DNA of 64,000 nt from Octopus sinensis (taxonomy: Eukaryota). Position numbers and translations under genes: made by a program. Where the stretch lies: positions 127,968,001 to 128,032,000 of the forward strand of contig NC_042998.1 of the NCBI RefSeq assembly GCF_006345805.1, given 5' to 3'. The notes below the pieces were generated by a model that worked only from the letters and a program-made list of their open reading frames with translations, did not search any database and was not told the DNA's origin. Shown in pieces: positions 25,331 through 37,739 of this stretch; the first letter of the stretch is position 1; the number at the start of each line of letters is the position of its first letter.

Positions 25331-27640
25331 AACTTCCTATCCCCGCTATGATGTATTACAATCTTTGTTCCTTTGTTGCTGCTGATTTTCAGGTTGTTGT
25401 AACTGTTGTTGTTGCTTTTAACGATTTCGTTATATCTATTGTTGATGTTTCCACGTTGATGCTTCCAGCGACACCTAAATTGACCCCCGAAGAAGTGACA
25501 TCAACATCTCATTGATAAGCAAAGTGCAGACATTTGGTCGTGACGTTGTAATTGATTAAGTCGATCACGTGTTTTACGAAAATTCATTTTGCCAGTATTT
25601 GATATCAGAACGTGAGGATTCGAATGTAAAATATAACGATGTATTGAATCTGTCTTTCTACCTGTTTGTTCTATCACTGAATACTACAACGACATCAACA
25701 ATGACACGGCTTTGTGTTATTAACAAGACAGTGTAATTGGTTCAATTTTCTTGTTGTTTCAACTATTTTACAAACTTAGATATGCCTAATATCGCTAGGA
25801 ATTTGTCATCTAATCACTACTTTTTTATATAAGCCCATGAAAAATAATGCTTGCATCATTCCCATGACACTGTACATTATTATACATCATTCCTGCGAAT
25901 CAATGCATTTATCTGCAATCGACTGTAAAAAAAATAAAAAGACGTCGAAATATTGCAAATCCACACTTTCATTTTCTCCGCTTCTTCCATATTTCAAAAT
26001 ATGAATGGATATTTTGGCATACTATTTAGAATTACACGTCTTTGGTAATGTTATCATCATCACCATCCTGTTTCTGCTACTGCTGCTATCGCTATTTCGC
26101 TCCAAAAAGAAGAAAAGAAATTACGAAAGACTTGCTTTACGGACATTATGCTCATATTTCATAAAGATATTTTGGGGTTTCTTCCGTTTTTTTTTTTCGT
26201 TGTCTCCATAAATACTTTTGTTCTGGTTCTTCTCAATGATGACCAAAAACCATCTTAAATATCCAATTAAGTTTCCATTAAATATATGTCAAATCTGTAC
26301 CATTTAGTTCAGTTTTAATCTTTCGTTGACAATCATCTTTTAGCTATTTTACATTAATGGTTTTCCAGGCAATTTCTTGTGCCTGGAACAGTTTTTGTTG
26401 AAGGGCACGCCTCAGAGTATTGATTATTCGTTAAATCTGTTTTTCTGTTTTGTTATTTTAGTTTCGATTCATTTTCCTTGCTAGAGGCTGTTGAAAATTT
26501 CAACATAAGTAATCTCTTTTGAATTGCAAAAGTAAAGAAGCGACGTATTTCATCCGTTGAATGAAATTTTCTCATTGCTGCATAGTTAATGTGTGTTTAG
26601 TCTGAGAAAAGAAGCAGGTTGATAGATGTGATACTACAGTAATAACTGTTTCTAACATGGGCATAAAACCTGAAAATTGGCTGATAGGAATAGTCTGTTA
26701 CACTGACCCTAGTATTTGTTTTTATTTATAAAAGTTATGAGAGGCAAAATAGTCCTAATATGGATTTGAACTCTGCAAGGCTGTTTGCCCACCGCTCTAC
26801 TGATTCTGCCATGCTATCAACGTGCAGATGATGATACTAAGAATGATTGCAAATGTCGCATCTATTTGAGAGAACTTGGAATGATCTTCATCATTGCTTG
26901 TCTCATTTTTACTATAAAAATAGGTTTATTTTATCTAGACCATATCCAATGAAGTCCAATTCAGAAAAGGACATAATTTAATAACACAGAGCACCTTTGG
27001 TCGGCACTCTGTCGGTTTTACAGTATCCCTACTCCCCTATAAGCTAGAGAAGCAAACTTAAGTATAAAGTTTAGAATATAAAACTTATATAAGGTAAAAA
27101 GCTGATTTGTAGATGAGCCTAATAAATCTGAAGGATTTTCTGTGATCTATTGGGTTCATATTACCTTTGGAGAATTTGAGCTCAATACATAATTCTCCAT
27201 AGATCTCATAAAAGTCTCCTTAATAATAGATTTAAATCCAGTAAAACAGAAGAACGGTAGCATTGTTAAGGTTCACAGTCAAAACTATATGTAGTATTTA
27301 GTTGCGACCCTTTAGGTGTTGAATTTAAATTCTGTCGAGGTGGGTAAAATAAGTTACTATTCAAGTACTGATTTCAATATTATCACTAAAGTTATGGTTT
27401 TGTGTCTAAATCAGAAATCAACGCTAGTTACCCTGCTAGGTATCGTAAACAATATATCTCTTATGATAACCTTTTAACATTGACAACGAAATGTTAAGTA
27501 CTTGGACTATAAACACTGCGCGGTGTAATGATAATAGACCAACCAATAATCTTTCAGCTGGAAGATCGATAGCCGGTTGACTCTGCTGTCTGTGACACTA
27601 ATATTATGTTTTAAACATAGCATTATTCTAAATGGTGTGA

Positions 27641-27910
27641 GGATGCATGGCCTAGTGGTTAGGATTTTACACTCACGATCGTGAGGTCCTGGTTTCAATT
27701 TCTGGACAGGTGGATGCATAGTGTACTTGAGCAAAACACATCTCACGTCGCTCTACGATCACTTCCTCACCTGACGAACGGTACACTGTGCACCTGTTCA
27801 AGAAACGTCAATTTCATGGAGGGAATGAGCTAATGTACAGTACAATCATCTGACCACTATAAACCATGTGTGCAGGTTGTTCAGCAAGAAATTGCAGAAC
27901 TGTCTTTTTC
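27641..27910 (+). mobile_element. tRNA-derived SINE (third family)
   Basis: tRNA-like head 'gcatggcctagtggttagg..ggtttcaattc' followed by 'cttgagcaaaacac' core. Confidence 0.7.
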
Positions 27911-28649
27911 GGACTACGAGTGACAACCGTCAAATGGCAAAGAAAATATAATTTCTATAGCAACTGAAAGATTGTATTTCACCTTATTTTAAAATGTATT
28001 TAATATAATTTGTTCGAATCCAATTTTATAGATAAGACTTTTCTCGTATATCTGCTTTATTTAATCATTTTATATCATACTTAAATGAAGATGCTGAATA
28101 GAATTTGAAAGTATTAGAAGATATAATCTATATTCGCTGCTGCAAGTCTGGATATTTTTAGCTATTTAATTTCGTCTTTCGAGAATTTTGTTCTTTTAGT
28201 ATCTTGGAATTCAATATTACTAGTTACATAACTTACTGATTGCTGTAATGGAAGAGATAATTTCTCGATTAAAATAATCCGCGACGCCGTTCCAATATCT
28301 CGTTGAAGCTTTTTTCGCTTCACTTCATTTTTATAGTTAATGCCCTTTGAAAAAGCGTGACGCCACAATCTCGTATTTCCCTTCTTCTAAATCATAGGTA
28401 TGCTGTGCTGACGTTAAAAAAAAGCAATATTATTAATAACATAATGCAGAGAGAGCTGTTAAACAATAGATGGTTTCCAGTGAGTAAAACTTCTACAATG
28501 TAGTTTCAATCGCTTTGTACGGTATACCATTCTACTTGAATTATGGCTATAAATTTTAAAAGAAATGAATGAATTCCAGAGCCATCATTTTCTAAAATAT
28601 ATGGTGAAATGAAACCAAAATTGTGATGAATATAACCTTATAAGAAGTC

Positions 28650-29800
28650 TATATTTGAAACAGGTTACCTTAATACTAAGTGATACAACAAAGATGTCAT
28701 TATGTTCTTGATCCTTCCCTTTCAAACCTGTCAAAATGTCCTCAGCATATTCAAAGACAATGGAGATTAATCCAACTTTTCTACACTAGGGGTTACTTTC
28801 TTTTCCATTCCAAATGGAGTCGATAAAATAAGTACACGTATTATAATGAAATAGAAAAAATATCGACTATGCTCCTTGATAATAATGCATCTTGAAAGCT
28901 TTATGATTAAACTCCTTCATTGCCTTTTAACTGCTTGTTAATTTTGTTACTATATTTCTTGATGTGGTTAACATAGCTAACGTTATGATTAAACTCCCTG
29001 ACAACTTTAAGTCTCCTCCCTTTGATAATCTTGCGATTTGACGGTAACTATTCGCAGCAGTTTCACATTAGTATTTTAGTGCTTCGTTTGTTTCATATAA
29101 TATTGTTAATTCCTTTCACTTTTCCTTTTCCGAAAGGCGGAGGAAAAAGAAAATACTGCATCCGTGTTTTCATTGAAGGATGTTTCTGTGTTTCAGAAAC
29201 ATCCTTCAATGAAAACACGGATGCAGTATTTTCTTTTTCCTCCGCCTTTCGGAAAAGGAAAAACTGAAAGGAACGATTCTATATGAAGCATTTCGATAAC
29301 TTTGTGACTAGACGCCTTTATATATTTGTGACTATACTCGTCGATGACTTTGTGATCTCGTGGCAACTGAAAATCAAAGAGAAACGCACGTATGGGTAGA
29401 CTCGGTAGAAGGAGGAAAATACCATGAAACAATTATGTCTCATTTTGAAATGAAAATTTACAAGATTACCGTATTCTATCCTTTCAGAATCGATAGAACA
29501 TATCTGTCTTGCCATAGTTTCGAGATAATTGTCCACAGCCTTTCTAAACTTTTCTAGAAATCGTTCTAATCTTTCCCAATAACTGATACAAGTACAGGCA
29601 TTCCGAAAGCTTTTAGAATATAGTTTTATAGAATTTAGTCAGCTTCAACTTCAGTACCGTCTGGAATCTGCTGAAGTACTTTTCACTTTAGCTTTACTTA
29701 TAGCACCAATATTTATGTTGAGACCGAGGTATTTGTAATATTCATCTGGTAGAAGCGAAAAATACGTCATTATACTCCCCTTGACTGATTGACAAATTTG
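28650..29800 (-). pseudogene. Probable R4/Dong-like LINE C-terminal remnant
   Basis: Minus 'EYYKYLGLNI..K.K', 'PKGGGK' and degenerate 'CRK..EDILTG..HND' resemble the YKYLG, RKxGGRGL and zinc-knuckle region; many stops. Confidence 0.45.
29110..29273. repeat. Near-perfect palindrome (69-bp perfect arms 29120-29188 and 29194-29262, 5-nt loop)
   Basis: Direct reading. Confidence 0.92.
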
Positions 29801-31084
29801 CCTTGTTTGATTACTAAATATGAATAATTAACCTGACTCACCTCCATTCCAATAGTCTATGAGAATGTTGTAAGCACTTTTGTGTCTTCGTGACGTGAGT
29901 ATGTATGTATATATGTATGTATGCATGTCATTATTCAGTTTTATTTCAAGATTTCTTGCCAATAAAGAATCGGCTTCTAACCTAGACCCAGTCTAGATTC
30001 CAATGAAGGTCATTGGAATTTCAACAACACCAACAGGATATTCATGTACGTATGTATGTATATGTGCAGATTTATATGCTTTGTTTTATGTATCTACTCT
30101 CATGCATGTAGTCGCATGTCTAGACACGCTCATAGATACTTAAATGATAAACTTCTGGAAAGTTTTACAGATTTTTACAATTCCAGTGATGGCTTGGATT
30201 TGTAGTCTTTGAGTCAGCTTTCTCTTTTCTAATTCTGAGAAGCCTAATTTCTCAAGATTTATATTTGTATGTACGTTTGTATGTATGTATGTATGTATGT
30301 ATGTATGTATGTATGTATGTATGTATTTATGTATGTATTGTGAGTTTATGTTTACGGTCTAATGCCTGTGTTGTTCAAGCTGATGATTTTGTATGGTTCC
30401 TAACCTGCCATTCGACAAACCTAGTTGGAAACATAAGAAAGAAACTGAAATATTAACGGGGTTGTTATGATCAAACAGAATTCTTGAGGTCTATGACCCT
30501 ACATAATCCAATAATAGGTGGGTGCGTGTATATGCTCACACTGGTGTGTGCGTTGCTGCACGAGCGTGCGTATACGTAATAAATAAAGGCATTAGAAAAC
30601 TTAACCAACTGCTCGACATGTTAGATCAAAGTGAAGATAGATAGATTATCCTTACCTCTTCAAATGGATGAGTTTAAATGGGAGGATGAAGCAGTAAAAT
30701 TAATCTTTGTTATTTCAGTTGCAGAACCATTGTGTGACAAAGGCAGATTCGTTGTCGCAGTGATATATGTGCTAACAGATATTACTAATGAAATGTGAAT
30801 AGACTTGATGTAAGATAAGATAAACGTATTACTTTGTAGAGTGGTCACCTAACTAGTCTTCAATCAATGAGATATACAACACAACAAAAGAAATTATTTC
30901 TACCTGTTCTTTCTACCGTCTAGAAATAGCAGAAAGTCTCTCCCTCCCTTCCACTCTTTCTCTGACCTCCTCTCTCTCTCTCTCTCTCTCACCTCTCTCT
31001 TTCTTTTACGTTCTCTCTCCCAAATTATACCCGTTTATCATAAGAAGTAAACTAGATGAATAAAGTAATTCCAAATACACAATC

Positions 31085-31253
31085 GGCGCTGGAGTGGCTG
31101 TGTGGTAAGAAGCTTGCTTCCCAACTGCATGTTTCCGGGTTCAGTCCCACTGCGTGGCATCTTGGGCAAGAGTCTTCCACTATAGCTTCGCGGTTGACTG
31201 CTGTCTGTGACACTAATATCGTGCGTGAAACTAAAAGAAACCTGTCGTATGTG

Positions 31254-31288
<35 letters not shown>

Positions 31289-31560
31289 GTATGTATGTGT
31301 GTGTTTGTGTGTGTGTGTGTATGTATGTGTGTGTGAGAGAGAGAGAAGGAGAGTTTGTATTTTGAGTCTGTGTTTGTCTCCCAGCACCGCTTGACAACAG
31401 GTGTTGGTAACTTAACGGTTCGGCAAAAGTCACCGATAGAATAAGTACCTGTCTTTAAAAAAATGTCAGTACTGGAATCGATTCATTCGACTAAAAATTC
31501 AAGGCGGTGCCCCAGCATGACCGCAGTCACATAAATGAAACAAATAAAGAAATAAAAGAA
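31085..31560 (+). mobile_element. SINE family S2
   Basis: Head, (TG)n and tail match the consensus. Confidence 0.85.
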
Positions 31561-31589
31561 ACGAATAAAAGAACATAAATTGAATGCGC

Positions 31590-31645
<56 letters not shown>

Positions 31646-31979
31646 AGTGATACCTCGTTTATTGCGGTAGATTGATTCCGAGACCGGCCGCGATAACTGA
31701 ATTTCCGTGAAGTAGGGACACCATATTTACAGTATTTATTTAACGTGTATTTGGACTTTTAAAAACCTCCCTATACTGTTGACCCACTCATTACAGTAGT
31801 CTATTAATAACAAGGACAACTGTTAAGCAATAACACTTTAGATTTTAAAAAATAAAGATTGCTGCTGAACTCAACACGAAAGAAGTTGAAGTAAAATTTG
31901 AATGATAATGGTGATGAATTTGCTGCGAAGTAGAAATGATGATGATGAAGCTTACGGCGGTACCCTTTCCTGGGACACC

Positions 31980-32882
31980 CCTTCCACTTCTTCCGAAGGT
32001 GCAACCGTAGTAGTAGCAGCAGATTCTTGCTTTTGTTTCTTAAAGTCCTTGGGTTTTTAGACATATAAATAAGTCCTGGCTTTAACAAAAATCCCGCAAC
32101 ATTGCCACACATCACGAGGGTCACTCGATCCTTGAATGCTTTAAAGCCAGAGGCTTTTGCTTCCTCTTTGAGCAGGAAATTTTGCAACGGCATTCTTTTC
32201 CAAAACAAGCCCGTCTCGTCCATATTAGAAACTTGTTCGGGCTTATATCCACCTTCGGAGACAATCTTGAAAATTTCATTCACGTATGTTTCAGCAGCGC
32301 TCGTGTCAGCAGAAGCAGCCTCGCCATGCAGGGAAACGCTTTTTAGGCGGAAGCGTTTCTGAAACTTAACAAACCACCTTTGCTAGCAGAAAAAGGACGT
32401 TTTTTAGGTTGTAAATCCCTGGACGTACCTGGTTGCGGATCTTCTACGTCGTCTTCTTCTTTTTCCTCTTCTTCGTGGTCGCCACTGTCGTCCTCAGGTT
32501 CCTTAACGGTGAAAGTCTCGTACAAGCTCCTAACCTTTGTTTGGATGATGTTCGTATCCAAGGCTATGTTCTTCTTTTTGAAGTCGGCTATCCATAAGGC
32601 CAAAGCAGCTCCCATACTGATGATAGTTTTATTACGAGCCATAACCATTCTCTTCGCCGACATATCAAAGGTGATGGCAGCCGTCTTCCTAATGTTAGCC
32701 TCGTCCCTCTTGATGTAGCGAACGGTGGATTCGTTCACGCTAAAATGGCGGGCTACGGTAGCGAAAGTTTTCCCTTCCTTCAACATATCCAGAAGTTTCA
32801 CCTTCTCAGCGATCGTCATCATTCTTCGTTTGCGTTTAGGCTCAGTACCAGCCTTGGAAAAAGCAGCACGCTTGGGAGCCAT
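31980..32882 (-). pseudogene. Tigger (TIGD1-like) transposase pseudogene
   Basis: MAPKR..MTIAEKVKLLDML (HTH-psq), CENP-B HTH, 'ASKG/WF..F..R', 'NMDETGLFWKRMP', 'KDRVTLVMCGN'; frameshift near 32385; DDE C-terminus missing. Confidence 0.9.
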
Positions 32883-33457
32883 TGCAGGGGATGAAAACGC
32901 AAAGTTCAATGCAAAGAAAAAAAATCACACACAGCACAGCGTGAAGTAGTACAGTGAACCACTCGGCGAGAAAGCTTGAAGCGAAATGGCCGCGAGAGAG
33001 AGACAAGGAAAGATGCTGCAGATCTGAGCATCGGTCAAAACACCAATCACAGGCCAGATTACAAAATAGAAAGCTGTGATTCGTCGTCTCTCTCCATTGC
33101 AGCAATCACAGCCCGTCTTAAGTTCAAATACCCCTGTATATGCTTTTTTGCTATTTTACGCTTGTTTTGTTGTTCCTAGACTGGAAAATAATATTTATTT
33201 TTAATATTTTCACGGATTTAATAAAAAAGTTTTGGTGTTCATATATATATATATATATATATATAAAATTTCTAAATATCTCATAGAGATATGTACGGTG
33301 GTGGGGCGATAGAGTGATTGTATACTGTCAACTTAACGTGACAGTAAGGGAATTACACCACCGCTGTTTAGCCCTAGGAAGCATCGACGCTTCCTGTCGG
33401 CCTTGACACATTTCCTGTGTCCTTATATACTTACGAGGGGGAGACAAATACCCTTAA

Positions 33458-33539
33458 CAGCTAGGCCTGCATCTAGAGACACGCATGTTTCAGGATCTTT
33501 GCCCATCATCGGTCTAGAGTAGCAGAGGCCTGCTAGCTG
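33458..33539 (-). ncRNA. Type I HHR variant (CCGAUGA core)
   Basis: tctaga-CCGATGA-tggg caaaga tcct-GAAAC-atgcgt-GTC-tctaga. Confidence 0.65.
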
Positions 33540-33576
33540 AAGATATATATATTTACGAGGTCTGGACAGATATCTT

Positions 33577-33658
33577 CAGCTAGCAGGCCTCTGCTACTCT
33601 AGACCGATGATGGGCAAATACCCTGAAACATGGGTGTCTCTAGATGCAGGCCTAGCTG
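33577..33658 (+). ncRNA. Type I HHR variant (CCGAUGA core)
   Basis: tctaga-CCGATGA(33604-33610)-tggg caaata ccct-GAAAC(33625-33629)-atgggt-GTC(33636-33638)-tctaga. Confidence 0.65.
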
Positions 33659-33825
33659 TTGAGGGTATTTGTCTCCCCCTCGTAAATATATAAGGACACA
33701 GGAAATGTGTCGAGGCCGACAGGAAGCGGCGATGCTTCCTAGGGCTAAACAGCGGTGGTGTAATTCCCTTACTGCCACATTAAGTTGACTGTATACAACC
33801 TCTCCCTCTCTCTCTCTCTCTCTCC

Positions 33826-33878
<53 letters not shown>

Positions 33879-33928
33879 TCAGCGATAGTTGAACCGCGAA
33901 GTAGTGAGGAATCACTGTATATATGTGT

Positions 33929-33961
<33 letters not shown>

Positions 33962-34276
33962 CTGTGTGTGTGTGCCTGTGTGCGTGTGTGTGTGTGTGTG
34001 AGTGTAGAAGGTTGAAAAGGAACACCCGAGTTGATATATATGGAAAAAGAGTCAAGATAGAAAATGCTAAAATAATTTCAGTACCGGTTTCAGTCATTGA
34101 GACTTTTTCAACTGTAAGTATTGACAACAATTAAATTTTGGAAAAATTAAAAGAAAAGTTTTTTAAAAGAATATTTGTATAGTGTTCAAATACAAGTGCC
34201 ATGTTCCTTGTTTCTACCTGCTTCTCTCTCACTTGTTTACTCTTCTGGGTTCGATGTGGTTGTGAATTCTTTGTAG

Positions 34277-34373
34277 AGAAGAAGAAGAAGAAGAAGAAGA
34301 AGAAGAAGAAGAAGAAGAAGAAGAAGAAGAAGAAGAAGAAGAAGAAGAAGAAGAAGAAGAAGAAGAAGAAGAA

Positions 34374-34413
<40 letters not shown>
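34277..34413. repeat. (GAA)n followed by (GAT)n microsatellite
   Basis: Direct reading; source of the poly-K/M/F/S/L ORFs. Confidence 0.95.
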
Positions 34414-34415
<2 letters not shown>

Positions 34416-34475
34416 AACTGAAATAAGTAAAAATAAAAGAATACATACACACGTACACATACATAGGACACAAGG

Positions 34476-34762
34476 AGAGTTTAAAATTTCACAACAGGTG
34501 TTTCAGCAGCGTTTTATTGATGAATACTTCGATTACATCATGACAAAAATCTGCCATCATCAGAAAAGGCTGGATACTGGGCTTGTAATATTCAGTTGTC
34601 GTTAGCTGGATGTATGGTGCAAGCGGGCCAGCTTGCTGTGTACTAAGCAAGGTGCTAAGCACATAGCAAGCTGGTCAACTTAAACTCTGTACCGAGCTAT
34701 CTGAGTGTTTTAAATTATTGCCTGATGATGGCAGATTTTTGTCGTGATGTAATCGAAGTATT
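34476..34762. ncRNA. Type I HHR (family 5) split between the arms of an inversion
   Basis: IR 34523-34563 and 34722-34762 contain CTGATGA; GAAAC-acct-GTT and the stem I 3' strand are on the left (minus); the stem I 5' strand is on the right (plus). Confidence 0.6.
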
Positions 34763-34968
34763 GTATGTGTATGTGTGTGCGTATATTTTTATTTTTACTT
34801 ATTTCAGTTATTTGACTGCGGCCATACTGGAGCACTGCCTTTAATAAAAAGTTAGATCATGTTCTATATACATATATATAAATTTTGTCTGAGTTAATGT
34901 TTTGTCAGTTGTCATGTTATCCAGCTGAAGGAAAAAGATTCTGTCAAAACTGATTTGGAAGGTTATTA

Positions 34969-35050
<82 letters not shown>

Positions 35051-36367
35051 TGTGTCTCTGTATTTAATTGTATGTGTGTGAGTGTGTGACTGCAAAGGAA
35101 ATTTCTATACCACACAGACAGGTTTAAACATCGTTTCCGATCCAGCTAGAAAGATTTGTAGATATATCCACATACTTAATGGGTGTTCCGAGATGTTCCT
35201 CGGCCACACAAATTACTAAATATCGCCATTTATTATCGCTATACTGATATGTAAAAAGTGAAAGTTAAGTAAACGGTGACTCTCATTACAAGTTAGGAAA
35301 ATATCAAAATTATGACACCTTATTTTTTGTCAAACCTGCTTGGATAATAGAACGAAGAGTTTCTATATAGATAAAGATTTACAAAGAATTTTCCCTGGTA
35401 TAAATGGAATATGTATATGGGTAATCACTTTTTGAATAAGACACAAATCTATTGTGCACAAAGTACCATTCTCAATCAGCTTACCACATCTCGTACTATA
35501 GCGCCTTTCCTGAGTATTGGCGAGAATGTTAGTCTACTGTGTAAAATTTTAATATTTATGTCACATATAACACAAAATATGCTTAATTCATATGATGCAC
35601 AGCTTATTTCATACATAACTATATTCAGGTAACAATTTTATTTGGTTTTTGTTTTTTGTTTGGGCTAGCATCTATAATTCAAAACATGCGATGAAAGCTT
35701 TTACGGCTGATAATTTATTATAATAATTATGTTCTTCAAATAGTTTGAAATTAGCTATTAAACAAATTAGCTTTTACACTTATTCATGATCATTCTTTAA
35801 AGTGTGATCTATAGAATTCTAATGCAAATGTACAATTTCTACTAATTAATGCGTTATAATAGGATGCCAAACACGACCAGGTTTGTCGCTATCTGTCTTC
35901 AGAAAATGTTAAACATTTATCTCCATAGATATTCTTAATACTAACCAGTTGACTCCGAAACTGAGTTTCTCGCATCACATACAACTCAACGACACATCAT
36001 ATGCCGATTACCAGTGCATTTAAGATAACATTAGTAAGGAGCGAAATGGAAAATAGTTTTCAGAAAGGCTCTAAAACAAAAGTATATAGACGAATATATG
36101 GTATTCGGTCATGTAGATCCACTTGTCAGTAGGTATCGTTTTTGTTTAAATCTGTTTCATCTCTAATTTCAGTCTGTGTAGAGGAGAATAGACTAGCAAT
36201 AAATTACTAATGTTCATCATTTTTACTTGGTTATTCGTTATCGAGGATGACCAACAATTGGTGATTTAATCTAGTAATATCTGCAAAAGCGAATTTCTAG
36301 TTATGAAATACACGCTTTCTTTAATGAAGTAGTTCACATACGTAAAGGGCGATCGATTGATAGAGTT

Positions 36368-36660
36368 TACTAAGCGTCAGATAAATAACTGGCACTCCGT
36401 CGGTTACGACGACGAGGGTTCCAGTTGGTCCGATCAACGGAACAGCCTGCTCGTGAAATTAACGTGCAAGTGGCTGAACACTCCACGGCCACGCGCATAC
36501 CCTTAACATAGTTCTCTGCGAAATTCAGCGTGACACAGAATGTGACAAGGCTGCCCCTTTGAATTACAGGTACAACATATTTTTAGCAGCTGAATGAACT
36601 GGAGCAACGCGCTACCGGGAATCGAAGTCACTTACAATCGTGAGCCTATTACCCTAAACA
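36368..36660 (-). mobile_element. tRNA-derived SINE (fourth family)
   Basis: Minus 'ttcgattcccgg..gttgctccagttcattcagctg..gggcagccttgtcaca..gtaaccgacggagtgccag'. Confidence 0.7.
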
Positions 36661-37117
36661 CTAAGTCGCACCTTCCGTCAGATTAATAGCATGGCAGTAT
36701 TTACTTATGTCTATTGCCATTCTTTGTTCGAAATCTGCCAAAACGAACTTCACCTTTCATCATTCTCGTATCGATATAAGTACCATTCAAGTACTGGGGT
36801 CAATATAATCGACAATATTCTTCCGCCATGTTTGTGGTCTTTTCCTGCTGTCAGAAACAATAACCAACATAACTAGAGAGAAGCTCATGAATAATAAAAT
36901 TATTACAGTTATGTTTATCATAGTGGTAACATATACTTTGTAATTCCATATATCCAATGGCATATATGCAGCTGCAAATATATCTACAATACTCAGTATC
37001 ATGCTTTAAAAATACTGTGATTCCTTCTCGTATTCATATTAACTAGAAGTAAGTGTTTGTTTACAAATACATACACATATAAGCACTCATGCACACACAC
37101 ACACACACAGATATATA

Positions 37118-37325
37118 TTCTTTTGTTTGTTTCAGTCATTTGACTGCGGCCATGTTGGAGCACCACCTTTAGTCGAACAAATCGACCCCAGAACTTATTC
37201 ACTGTAAGCCTAGTACTTATCCAATCGGTTTCTTTTGCCGAACCACCAGCATCGGTTGTCAAGCGATGCTGGGGACACACATACAGACACACAGACATAT
37301 TCATACATACATACATACATACATG

Positions 37326-37359
<34 letters not shown>

Positions 37360-37369
37360 TATATAATAT

Positions 37370-37456
<87 letters not shown>

Positions 37457-37595
37457 ACGGGCTTCTTTCAGTTTTCGTCAACCAAATCCACTCCCAAGGC
37501 TTTGGTTGGCCCGAGGCTATGGTAATAGATACTTGCCCGAGGTGCCACGCAGTGGGACTGAACCTAGAACTATGTGGTTGGTAAGCAAGCTACTT
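37118..37595 (-). mobile_element. SINE family S2
   Basis: Reverse complement of the consensus with internal microsatellites. Confidence 0.85.
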
Positions 37596-37739
37596 TATTT
37601 CATTTCATTGGTCATGAAGGCCGTATACAGAGGGAGTACCTTGCGGGCTGGACAAAAAACAGGGATGAGTTATGAAAAGGATGGTATAAATGGGAGAAGG
37701 CAAAAGACGTCCGCCGATCTTCTGCTTCTCTAAAACATT

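Larger units (their letters stand above)
33318..33798. mobile_element. Foldback element (~230-bp arms, 23-nt loop) with one HHR-like motif per arm (family 3)
   Basis: 33318-33546 is the reverse complement of 33570-33798. Confidence 0.9.
31645..33917 (-). mobile_element. Tigger/pogo DNA transposon, internally deleted, carrying a nested foldback insert
   Basis: TIRs cagtgatacctcgtttattgcgg / ccgcgaagtagtgaggaatcactg; TA flanks. Confidence 0.88.

Noticed and set aside
25340-25510. Ser/Thr-rich minus frames here and at 30660-30848 (mucin-like)
   Set aside because: Short, stop-bounded and explainable by compositional bias
27641-27712. tRNA gene
   Set aside because: tRNA-like head continues into SINE body, with no complete cloverleaf or poly-T terminator
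27765-27815. CTGACGA...GAAACGTC
   Set aside because: Lies in a SINE body, with no stem I or III
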